A stretch of DNA of 64,000 bases, from contig JAVHQC010000006.1 of NCBI GenBank assembly GCA_036170915.1, positions 160,001 to 224,000 of the forward strand, written 5' to 3'. Below the pieces are notes generated by a model. The model was given only the letters and a program-made list of their open reading frames with translations. It was not told the DNA's origin and did not search any database. Numbering within the stretch: position 1 is the stretch's first letter; the number at the start of each line of letters is the position of its first letter. Both the position numbers and the translations under genes were made by a program. This stretch comes from Cyanobacteria bacterium auto_48_18. Its GTDB lineage: Bacteria; Cyanobacteriota; Vampirovibrionia; Obscuribacterales; Obscuribacteraceae. Of this stretch, positions 39,219-47,494 are shown piece by piece.

Positions 39219-40120
39219 GCATCAACGAAATCAAGCGTGCCCTCGTAATTGGCGCATCGGGGCAGGTTGGTGGTGTGATTGCCCGCCGGCTCGTTGCTTC
39301 TGGTGTCACCACCTGTGGTACTTACTGTGGTCACAAGCCTGAACAAAGTAGTAATTACGAACTACAGCATTTAGACTTGCTCGACAGTGATGAAGTTCAC
39401 AAAGTCATAAAAGATGCAGCCCCTGACTGCATTTATTTAGCCGCTTCATACACTGATGTTGACGGCTGTGAAAACGACCCTGAGCGCTCATATGCTGTCA
39501 ACGTCTCTGGTGTGCGCGATATGGTATCCGCAGTACAAGATAAACCTTGCAAGCTCGTATATTTTTCCAGTGACTATGTTTTTGATGGTCTCAAAGGCCC
39601 CTATGACGAAAAAGCAAAGCCGGCTCCCCTCAACGTATACGGTCAGCATAAATTGGAAGCTGAACGCATTATTGCTTCAAGCGGTCTCAGTAATGTAATT
39701 GTGCGCACCACTGTGGTCTACGGAGATGAATGGCAGCGCAAAAATTTTGTGGCTCGCCTCATTGCCACTCTCGGTAAAGGTGAAAGCTTAACTGTGCCGA
39801 ACGATCAAATCGGCAATCCAACTTATAACGAAACACTGGCTGACGCTTCCATTGAACTCTGTAATTCATACAATCAGGGCGTCTTTAACATTGCCGGCCA
39901 GGAACGCGTCAGTCGTTATCAATTTGCGTTGGAAGCTGCTCAAGTCTTTGGGCTAGACCAATCATTAATCAAAGCCACCTCCACTTCGGCTTTGAACCAG
40001 GCGGCAAAGCGACCGCTGGCCGGGGGTCTGATTTTGACAAAAGCAAAATCAGCCCTGAAAACAGAGCTGATTGGCTACAAAGACGGTTTGCTCAAATTAA
40101 AAGAGCTGCTGGCAGTCTAA
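39215..40120 (+). CDS. RmlD-like NDP-4-keto-sugar reductase (SDR)
   Basis: GASGQVG, YTDVDGCE, SSDYVFDG, YGQHK, DQIGNPT. Confidence 0.88.
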   Translation: MSINEIKRALVIGASGQVGGVIARRLVASGVTTCGTYCGHKPEQSSNYELQHLDLLDSDEVHKVIKDAAPDCIYLAASYTDVDGCENDPERSYAVNVSGVRDMVSAVQDKPCKLVYFSSDYVFDGLKGPYDEKAKPAPLNVYGQHKLEAERIIASSGLSNVIVRTTVVYGDEWQRKNFVARLIATLGKGESLTVPNDQIGNPTYNETLADASIELCNSYNQGVFNIAGQERVSRYQFALEAAQVFGLDQSLIKATSTSALNQAAKRPLAGGLILTKAKSALKTELIGYKDGLLKLKELLAV

Positions 40121-40134
40121 TTAATGTAATCGGT

Positions 40135-40458
40135 TTAGTCGTCTGGCCCCATTAAATCTGGAGTCGGTGTTGATGGAGGATTTAGTGGCCGTGGCATGGC
40201 GCTGGTGCCGCTGCCATATTGCTTCTCTTCAATTGATTTTAAAAATGCGTCTTGTTTGGCAGCACCAGCAGCCATTTCATCGGCTTTTTTAGCCAGCATT
40301 TTGGCCTGGGCCATTTCATCCCACCGCTGGCGCTCATGCTCTTCCATTTGCCTGCGGCGGTCAACTTCTTCGCGCTTGCGGCGCTCCACGCGTTCTTGTT
40401 CTACCCGGCGCAATGCCTCTTCTTCGCGCATTTTGCGCTGTTTATCCATTGAAGGCAT
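40135..40458 (-). CDS. Hypothetical highly charged (E/R-rich) helical protein
   Basis: GGGAG SD upstream; fits the gap between flanking genes; low complexity. Confidence 0.55.
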   Translation of the reverse strand: MPSMDKQRKMREEEALRRVEQERVERRKREEVDRRRQMEEHERQRWDEMAQAKMLAKKADEMAAGAAKQDAFLKSIEEKQYGSGTSAMPRPLNPPSTPTPDLMGPDD

Positions 40459-40540
40459 GATTTTTCTCCCAACTGACCCAAATTGGACTCATTCTTAGAT
40501 TTACCCGCTTAAAGGCAAAAATAAAAGGTTGGTCTTTTAC

Positions 40541-42055
40541 TTACTGGCTGATGTCTTCCAGTTTACTTTTTCTGGCCACGCCGGTTTTAATCGCCACTTG
40601 AGCCACTGCTTCGGCCACACGTTGCCCCACCAGCGGATTAAAGACGCCAGGAATAATGTAATCTTCGTGCAGTTCACTATCTGAGATTACATTAGCGATA
40701 GCGTAGGCAGCAGCCAGCTTCATTTCTTCATTGATATCAGTTGCCTGGCAGTCGAGTGCCCCGCGGAAAATGCCTGGGAAGCACAATACGTTGTTAATCT
40801 GATTCGGATAATCAGACCGCCCAGTAGCCATAATGCGCACATATGGTGCAGCATCTTCAGGCATTACTTCCGGTACCGGATTAGCCATGGCAAAAACAAT
40901 CGGATCTTTAGCCATGCGTTTCAATGATTGGGCGTCTATGGTGCCGGGCCCCGACAGACCGAGGTAAAGATCGGCGCCATCTAGTGCATCTTCAATGGTG
41001 CCTTTAAAAGTAGAAGGATTGGTATTTTCGGCAAACCAATCTTTCATGTAATTCATATGCTCGCCGCGGCCTTTATAAATGGCGCCCTGGCGGTCAAAAC
41101 CGATGATGTTTTTGACTCCAGCATTCATCAGAATTTTAGAACAAGCTACTCCGGCGGCACCGACGCCGCTGACTATCACTTTCAAATTGGCAATGTCTTT
41201 CTTAACGATTTTAACTGCGTTTAAAAGAGCGGCCAGCACCACCACTGCAGTGCCATGTTGATCATCATGAAAAACTGGAATATCAAGTTCAGCTTTTAAT
41301 CTCTCTTCAATTTCAAAACAACGTGGTGCCGAAATATCTTCTAGATTTATGCCACCAAATACGGGGGCAATATTTTTGCAGGCTTTGATAATTTCTTCTA
41401 CGTCTTGTGTGGCCAGGGCGATAGGAAAAGCATCTACTTTGCCGAATTCTTTGAAGAGCATGCACTTGCCTTCCATGACTGGGAGTGATGCCTCGGGGCC
41501 GATATTGCCCAGGCCCAGCACAGCTGACCCGTCAGTGATGACAGCGACTGTATTGCGCTTGATGGTGAGTTTGTAGACGTTCTCAGGTTCGTTGTGAATG
41601 GCCATGCATACCCGTGCCACTCCTGGCGTGTAGGCCATGGAAAGATCATCACGGGTGGTCAGAGCTACTTTATTGGTGATTCTGATTTTGCCGCCCAGGT
41701 GCATTAAAAAGGTTCTGTCCGAGACATTGACCACTTCGATGCCAGGCATAGACTTTATTTGCGCTACCAGCTTTTCGCCGTGCTCAGAATTACGCACATT
41801 GACTGTTAAATCGCGCACAATGGCGTCTTTTTCGAAGCCATGAATATCAATGGCACCAATGTCTCCACCAACTTCACCAATCAGCGAAGTGACTTTTCCA
41901 AGCATGCCCGGTACGTTGTTAATTTTTAGCCTTAAGGTAAGGCTGTGACTGGCGCCGGGTTTTACTGAACCGGCCAAAATATCTGGATTTTTTTCGTCGC
42001 TTTTGCCTGCTGATTCGCCAGACTTATTTGTGGGTGATTGAAATTGAGTGGTCAT
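40541..42055 (-). CDS. NAD(P)-dependent malic enzyme with N-terminal ACT domain
   Basis: AYTPGVA, MEGK, INLEDI, FHDDQHGTA, GVGAAG, NQINNVLCFPG. Confidence 0.93.
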   Translation of the reverse strand: MTTQFQSPTNKSGESAGKSDEKNPDILAGSVKPGASHSLTLRLKINNVPGMLGKVTSLIGEVGGDIGAIDIHGFEKDAIVRDLTVNVRNSEHGEKLVAQIKSMPGIEVVNVSDRTFLMHLGGKIRITNKVALTTRDDLSMAYTPGVARVCMAIHNEPENVYKLTIKRNTVAVITDGSAVLGLGNIGPEASLPVMEGKCMLFKEFGKVDAFPIALATQDVEEIIKACKNIAPVFGGINLEDISAPRCFEIEERLKAELDIPVFHDDQHGTAVVVLAALLNAVKIVKKDIANLKVIVSGVGAAGVACSKILMNAGVKNIIGFDRQGAIYKGRGEHMNYMKDWFAENTNPSTFKGTIEDALDGADLYLGLSGPGTIDAQSLKRMAKDPIVFAMANPVPEVMPEDAAPYVRIMATGRSDYPNQINNVLCFPGIFRGALDCQATDINEEMKLAAAYAIANVISDSELHEDYIIPGVFNPLVGQRVAEAVAQVAIKTGVARKSKLEDISQ

Positions 42056-42216
42056 TTATATTGCTCTCGTCTGCTTGGAAACGGTATCGACATTAAGGTG
42101 TCTGCATTTGAGTCTGTGTGGATTATGTTAAGCTGGACCTGTGCCAAAAGGCCATGCTTCTTCCTTTTTTTTAATGGCTTGGCAAGCTTTGTGGCCTTGA
42201 GGAGAACAAGAATTAA

Positions 42217-43002
42217 ATGTCGGAAAAACAAAATGAAAACCTGGGTAACTTTGAGCTGAGTAAGCAGGGTGTGGTTACCAGACGTGACGTATTAATGATG
42301 GGAGCCGTTGCCGCCACGTCGCTTTCAACGAATGCACTTTCGGCAGCGGCTGCGCCTGCGGCAGCAGCGGTCGTTACCAAAGATCCATATACGGCCAAAG
42401 ACTTTAGCGCGCTAGTGACAAAGAATATGGATGGCCTGAGCGGCAAGCAAATAGAACCTCACTTGAAGCTCTACAAAGGATACGTCGGCAAGGCCAATGA
42501 AATTTATAATTTGCTCAAGACCGTCGATTTGACTTCAGCCAATGCTTCCTATTCGCCTTTGCGAGAACTCTTGATGGAGCAAAGTTTTGCTGTCAACGGC
42601 ATGATCTATCACGAATTCTACTTCGGCAATTTGGGTGGTAGCGGCGGCGACCCCAGTGGTGAGGTGAAAGCAGCCCTTGATGAGCGCTTTGGCTCGACAG
42701 GCAAATTTATGGATTTTCTCAAAGCATCAGGCAAATCGATGCGTGGTTGGGTTGTAGTGGGCTATAACACTCGCGGCAATCATATTGATACTTTTGGTCT
42801 CGATACACACAACATGTGGTCACCGCAGAACGTGGTGCCTTTGCTTGTTCTCGATGTTTATGAACATGCCTATATGATTGATTATGGTATTGATCGCCCT
42901 AAGTATCTCGATGCCTTTGCTAAAAATCTTGACTGGCAAGTGGTGGCAAAACGTCTTGAAGCAACTAAGAAGCTTATCAGTGGCGGCGACAGCACCACTT
43001 AA
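42217..43002 (+). CDS. Fe/Mn superoxide dismutase-family protein (ChrC/SodF-like) with Tat signal
   Basis: TRRDVL Tat motif; HLKLYKGY, HEFYF, DVYEHAY ligand motifs. Confidence 0.88.
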   Translation: MSEKQNENLGNFELSKQGVVTRRDVLMMGAVAATSLSTNALSAAAAPAAAAVVTKDPYTAKDFSALVTKNMDGLSGKQIEPHLKLYKGYVGKANEIYNLLKTVDLTSANASYSPLRELLMEQSFAVNGMIYHEFYFGNLGGSGGDPSGEVKAALDERFGSTGKFMDFLKASGKSMRGWVVVGYNTRGNHIDTFGLDTHNMWSPQNVVPLLVLDVYEHAYMIDYGIDRPKYLDAFAKNLDWQVVAKRLEATKKLISGGDSTT

Positions 43003-43033
43003 TTGGCGCTCGAGAAACAGCCAACTAATTCAT

Positions 43034-43073
43034 AAAAAAAGACTGGTACTTTCTAGAAGGAAGTACCAGTCTT
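43034..43073 (-). terminator. Intrinsic terminator (13-bp stem) between convergent genes
   Basis: AAGACTGGTACTT-N9-AAGTACCAGTCTT preceded by an A-tract (U-tract on minus strand). Confidence 0.8.
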
Positions 43074-43100
43074 GTGTATTAGTCTACTGAACAAGCTTAT

Positions 43101-43535
43101 CTAAACTGAGGGCTGTAGCGCCTTAAGCATGGTGCTGACAATCAAGTGGGTCTCGTGTTGCGCCGGCAGAAGCTCATTAGTGATTACGTTTCTAACATAT
43201 TCACCGACAAGTTTTTGCTGCGCTTCATACTGCACCAGTCTTTCCGCTTCGGCAAGTTCCATTATTGCCAGAGCGTCTTGTTCAGTTGAAGCGCTGTTTT
43301 GAGTCATGGCTTCAAATCCGCCCCAGATGCCTGACGTTTTTCCTGGAATGCCATCGAGAGCTCTTATCTCAGCTGTGAGCTTTGCCACACGGTCTGCGTG
43401 CGACATCTGACATTTGAGTAGTGCTTGTCTGACATCAGCATCTTTCACATGCTCCATGGCCAGTGTGTAGGTGTCTACAGCTGAGATTTCACCGCTCAAT
43501 AAAGTGTTGAACTCTTCGATGTATTCGGAACTCAT
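43101..43535 (-). CDS. Ferritin-like four-helix protein (DUF2383-like)
   Basis: LLSGEISAVDTY, SHxxRVxxL, SGIWG, PAQHETH; AAGGAG SD. Confidence 0.75.
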   Translation of the reverse strand: MSSEYIEEFNTLLSGEISAVDTYTLAMEHVKDADVRQALLKCQMSHADRVAKLTAEIRALDGIPGKTSGIWGGFEAMTQNSASTEQDALAIMELAEAERLVQYEAQQKLVGEYVRNVITNELLPAQHETHLIVSTMLKALQPSV

Positions 43536-43586
43536 GTGCTCTCCTTCGATAGATAAGACCTGTATGATTGTTACACTGATTACTTT

Positions 43587-43859
43587 CTAGACAGTGCCGC
43601 CTCGTCTGTTGAAGCCTCGCCCGATTAGCGAAAGTACAAAGACAAACAGAGCTGAACCAAGAATTGCTGGAATTAGTGAGATACCGGCCAAATCTGGTCC
43701 GATGTGTCCCATCAAGTTGCCGCCGATCCAGGCACCAATAATGCCAACAATCGCTGAAGTGAAGAAGCCTCCAGGAACTGAGCCTGGTACGATTCGCTCG
43801 CCGATATAGGCACAGACTGCAGCTACAATTAAAAATAGAATGAACGATAAAATAGACAT
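43587..43859 (-). CDS. GlsB/YeaQ/YmgE transglycosylase-associated membrane protein
   Basis: Three TM segments, IVGIIGAWIGG, PAILGS. Confidence 0.85.
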   Translation of the reverse strand: MSILSFILFLIVAAVCAYIGERIVPGSVPGGFFTSAIVGIIGAWIGGNLMGHIGPDLAGISLIPAILGSALFVFVLSLIGRGFNRRGGTV

Positions 43860-44052
43860 TGAATTATCCTCGCGAAGTAGAAACGAATTTTCGAAACGCG
43901 GTTTTCTTCGGGTTGCTAAATTCGTGCTTCCCTTCGTTCCGTTGGCTCTAGTGACTACGGTTGAGTCCTAAAGTTCCATTTTCAGTAAAAATCGGCAAAC
44001 AGGCACCAAGTGGCCGCACCACTGATGGGCACAGTCGTTTTACTTTGTTCTA

Positions 44053-45408
44053 TTAGTTATCTGCGGGCGCCATACCAAGTTTAGCGTCGGCCACAGGACC
44101 TTCCATAACTATATGCATAACGCCGTCAGGGTCTTTTTCGCGCCGCTCAATTAATGCCTGCATGGTTTTACTGTCGTCGAGCATCACTTGCTCTTTGCCT
44201 TGTGTTTCGTAAGCTTTGTCTAGTTTCATGGCACCCAGTTCAGGCTTAACGGCAAAGACATGGAACTTATCTGGTTTGTCGTTCACTTTTAATGGAAACG
44301 GGCCCAACCTGTCAATTTTGCCAATATCACCTTTGTTAATCAAAGCCAGGTTATCGAAATTTTCTGGCGGATAACAACGATAAACTCGTACTTCTTTAGC
44401 GGCCGGATTGCTTTTGATGCGCTCGGCTAAAGTAGTTTTGGCCTGACCAGGCGACACTTCACCAAATACGTAAACATAGCAGCTGCTGCGCGGTTTGATC
44501 ACAATTTCGCATTTTTCATTGAGCATATAACCATTTTTCGGCCGATTGAATTGAACATTAATAGGCTCAATGGCAGGCTTTTCAACTTTGTGAGCATCTA
44601 CTTCTTTTCCACCCAGATAGAATGCTGCGGCCACAAAGGCAGTGAGAAATGCCAGTATAAATGATGCCACCAGTGGTAGTGTCGAGGGGCTAGTGTTGGG
44701 CTCTTCCACAATTGAATTGGCCTGGACGCCGAGCTCTTTTAGAGCATCTATAGAAAGGCATAGTCGAATGGATGTGGTCGGTAGATTTAACCCTGGTAGC
44801 GAAGCAGTATCACCACAGTGCATTGCCACCACTGTATATTCATCAAAAATTGCCGAGCCTGAGTCTCCAGGCGACAAAGCCAGATCATGTAACAGGTGGA
44901 AATTGTCTTGCTTGCGCAGCGGTCCAAGTAAGCGGCCCATTTGCGCCAGCGGGTTAAGTGAGCTGAATTGCCCTAAATGAGTAGGGAAACGCACCGCAGT
45001 AAGTGACAACTGAGTTGGTAAATTGCGGTCGTAAGCAATCGGTAGAGGAGTCGCTTCTGACTCGGGGAAAGACAAATCGACGCTAAGCAGGGCGGCATCG
45101 AATTTGACTAAATGATTGAGCTGAGGGTCGCGCATAAAGTTCGGATGTAACTTAATTTCGTTAATGGCATATTGACTGCCTGATTTAGGAAACCGCACTG
45201 CCAGTGCCGGCAGGTCGTCAAGATGGCCGTCCACCACATGACCGCAAGTAATCAATTTGTTGAAACCGACCAGCCAGGCCTGACCCAAGACCTGCTCTTG
45301 TTTTCCGTTTTCGCTGATTTCCACTTTGATGATGTGGGCAAGGGCGTCGCCGTAGGCTTCTATATCAAGAGGAGCCATTGATTGACTTAAATTTTGGCCA
45401 GTTGCCAC
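44053..45408 (-). CDS. Trypsin-like serine protease + TM + DUF4384-like C-terminal domain
   Basis: TCGH, FDAALL and GDSGS catalytic triad; single TM; Y-x-L-N-E...CYVYVF...YP pattern. Confidence 0.8.
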   Translation of the reverse strand: MATGQNLSQSMAPLDIEAYGDALAHIIKVEISENGKQEQVLGQAWLVGFNKLITCGHVVDGHLDDLPALAVRFPKSGSQYAINEIKLHPNFMRDPQLNHLVKFDAALLSVDLSFPESEATPLPIAYDRNLPTQLSLTAVRFPTHLGQFSSLNPLAQMGRLLGPLRKQDNFHLLHDLALSPGDSGSAIFDEYTVVAMHCGDTASLPGLNLPTTSIRLCLSIDALKELGVQANSIVEEPNTSPSTLPLVASFILAFLTAFVAAAFYLGGKEVDAHKVEKPAIEPINVQFNRPKNGYMLNEKCEIVIKPRSSCYVYVFGEVSPGQAKTTLAERIKSNPAAKEVRVYRCYPPENFDNLALINKGDIGKIDRLGPFPLKVNDKPDKFHVFAVKPELGAMKLDKAYETQGKEQVMLDDSKTMQALIERREKDPDGVMHIVMEGPVADAKLGMAPADN

Positions 45409-45490
45409 TTTTTACGTTCCAGTCTTAACTACGTCGTCTAATCTTATACAATGGTAGGGCTTCAGCTCATCAAATCGATGCTCATTTTAA

Positions 45491-45937
45491 GTGATGAATC
45501 CCGCCAGCAATCCCAAACAAAATACTGTACCTGTATCGCCGTCACCAAAGGGTAACATAGCGCGCAGTCTCCGGTCGTACTGGTGGATACCAGTCTCTTA
45601 TTCTGTTCCATACTTAATTGTTCACTCCATTGGTTTAGGTCAGCCCGGTGTTAGTACCGCTGCCAACACAGAGCTGACAATGTTGCGATCTCATTACAGT
45701 GGGCTTATAGGCCTGGCGGTTGCTACTGCTATATTCTCGTTGTGGCGTCTGGACTGCACTTTTGGGGCCCGCCAGCTTCTACATTTGTCACGAGATTCAC
45801 AGGCGAAAGCTCTGGTGCATATACTGGGAATGGCTTTGTGGGTATGCTGGGTAGGTATTAGTGTAGTAGCCTGTATGGCCTATGATCAGGTCCATGAGCT
45901 GGTCCCTAACCTGCCAGGACTGGGCGCACCTATTTAG
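45491..45937 (+). CDS. Hypothetical membrane protein (about 3 TM)
   Basis: ORF fills the gap; hydrophobic segments; no family recognised. Confidence 0.55.
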   Translation: MMNPASNPKQNTVPVSPSPKGNIARSLRSYWWIPVSYSVPYLIVHSIGLGQPGVSTAANTELTMLRSHYSGLIGLAVATAIFSLWRLDCTFGARQLLHLSRDSQAKALVHILGMALWVCWVGISVVACMAYDQVHELVPNLPGLGAPI

Positions 45938-45973
45938 ATTTCTCATCCAGATATTCAAGTATTCAGGTAACAA

Positions 45974-47422
45974 TTGCTGACCAGCCCTACCGAATTACAA
46001 GAGATTCTCACCCTGGCGCCCGAATGGCAGTCAGTGGTCGAAAGCGTGGCTGCGGCAAAAGACGTAAAAACTGTCAGCTCCTATCAACTTTTTGAGAGAC
46101 TTGGTGCCAAGGCCATTTACATGAAGGCCGCGGCTCTCAGTAATCAGAAAAGAAGCGAGTTTGAGAGATTGCTGCGTGATCATTATTATCAGCCGATCAT
46201 TGCCAAGATGTTCAGTAACAACCAGAACCTGAAGCGTTTCTGGGCTCAGCGCAAGCATCCCTTTGACTGGCAAAAAGGCCAGGCTGTTTCAATGTCGGTG
46301 GAGCTATCCACAAAAATGGAAGGGGTGCTGGACAGGCATTTGGCTAATAAAAGCGCTGATGGCTTTAAGGTTTTGCTACCAGCCTATGTGCAGCGCTCAG
46401 TGCAAAATGCAGTAGTTGATTACATAAAAGATGAGTGGCAGTGGGAAAGAGAAACTCTGCAAGATCTCAATCTTGACCCTGAGCATGAAGACCCGCGCTC
46501 TTGCACCGCTGACGACGTTAAATATGCTCCTGAAAACAAAGCTATATCTGGTGAGCAAGTTTTACAACTGAATCAGTTACGCACTGAACTCAAAGCCATG
46601 CTTGATGATCGCTCTCAGCCCCAAGAAGCTCTTATAGTGGTCGACTGTATGTTCGGCCTGGGCCTGACGCCTAAGTCTAAGAACGGCGAAGAGCTCACTA
46701 TGCGGGAAGTATGTGATTTGCTGGCCATAGCAGGTGAAACTCAAGCTCGTAAAATCGCTCGCTGTCAGGTTCTACTTGACAAAGGCCTTGATTGTATTCG
46801 CGCGCAAGTACGCAAGAATCTGCCAGGAGTAGCCGATTGCTGGCAAGCGGACGTTAACATCAACACTGCCTCAAGGCGCGAACTTTCACATCTGCTCGGT
46901 TTGACCGAAGGAGAAGTAGAGAGACTGCTTGCTAACCGCCAGTATTATTGCCTCAGTGAACTTGTCGAAAACAGTGTAATCAAAGCGCCGAGATTAGATG
47001 ACTTAATCAAACACGGTGCCGTGGCTGCTTTTGTACCGGTGGAAGTCAATTCTTGCACCACTCGTGATCTGATTGATGTGCTTGGTTTCCCTAAAGACAC
47101 GGCTCAGAAATTCGCCACCAAAAGGCCGTTTACTACTTTTGATCAGGCCCTGCGTGACAATTTGCTTAGCGATGCTGTGTTGCAACAGGCAATTAAGCGT
47201 GGCGCAGTACTCAAGCCCCCAAGCACCGGCAGTGAAAGACTTGATCTCAATAACTGCCAGGGCGAAAATTTGGCCGCCCTTGGTTTAGGCGTAGCTATGG
47301 TGCAGCGCATCACTTCCGGTCGGCCTTTTACCACCTGGAACGAGCTGGAAGAGTACTTAGCGCCGGATAATCGCGAATGGTTGATACTGCGTCAAAAAAC
47401 TTGTTTGGGTATTTCCGACTAA
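45974..47422 (+). CDS. Sigma70-like factor fused to three ComEA-type helix-hairpin-helix units
   Basis: Region-2-like AYVQRSVQNAVVDYIK; region-4-like FGLG...GEELTMREVCDLL; HhH starts VNINTAS, VEVNSCT, LDLNNCQ. Confidence 0.65.
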   Translation: MLTSPTELQEILTLAPEWQSVVESVAAAKDVKTVSSYQLFERLGAKAIYMKAAALSNQKRSEFERLLRDHYYQPIIAKMFSNNQNLKRFWAQRKHPFDWQKGQAVSMSVELSTKMEGVLDRHLANKSADGFKVLLPAYVQRSVQNAVVDYIKDEWQWERETLQDLNLDPEHEDPRSCTADDVKYAPENKAISGEQVLQLNQLRTELKAMLDDRSQPQEALIVVDCMFGLGLTPKSKNGEELTMREVCDLLAIAGETQARKIARCQVLLDKGLDCIRAQVRKNLPGVADCWQADVNINTASRRELSHLLGLTEGEVERLLANRQYYCLSELVENSVIKAPRLDDLIKHGAVAAFVPVEVNSCTTRDLIDVLGFPKDTAQKFATKRPFTTFDQALRDNLLSDAVLQQAIKRGAVLKPPSTGSERLDLNNCQGENLAALGLGVAMVQRITSGRPFTTWNELEEYLAPDNREWLILRQKTCLGISD

Positions 47423-47494
47423 TTTTTGTGCCCACGTCGTTGATGACAATGTGCAGATCAAGTCAAAACTATTTAGAGCCACCGGAGACGCCTG

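Noticed and set aside
43874..43930. Stem-loop in the leader of the GlsB/YeaQ gene (ACGAATTT/AAATTCGT)
   Set aside because: An 8-bp AT-rich stem with a large loop that does not cover the SD; could be chance
46850..47422. PsbU (photosystem II) assignment for the LDLNN-type repeats
   Set aside because: Shared HhH fold only; no signal peptide, fused to a cytoplasmic sigma-like domain, and no photosynthesis genes nearby
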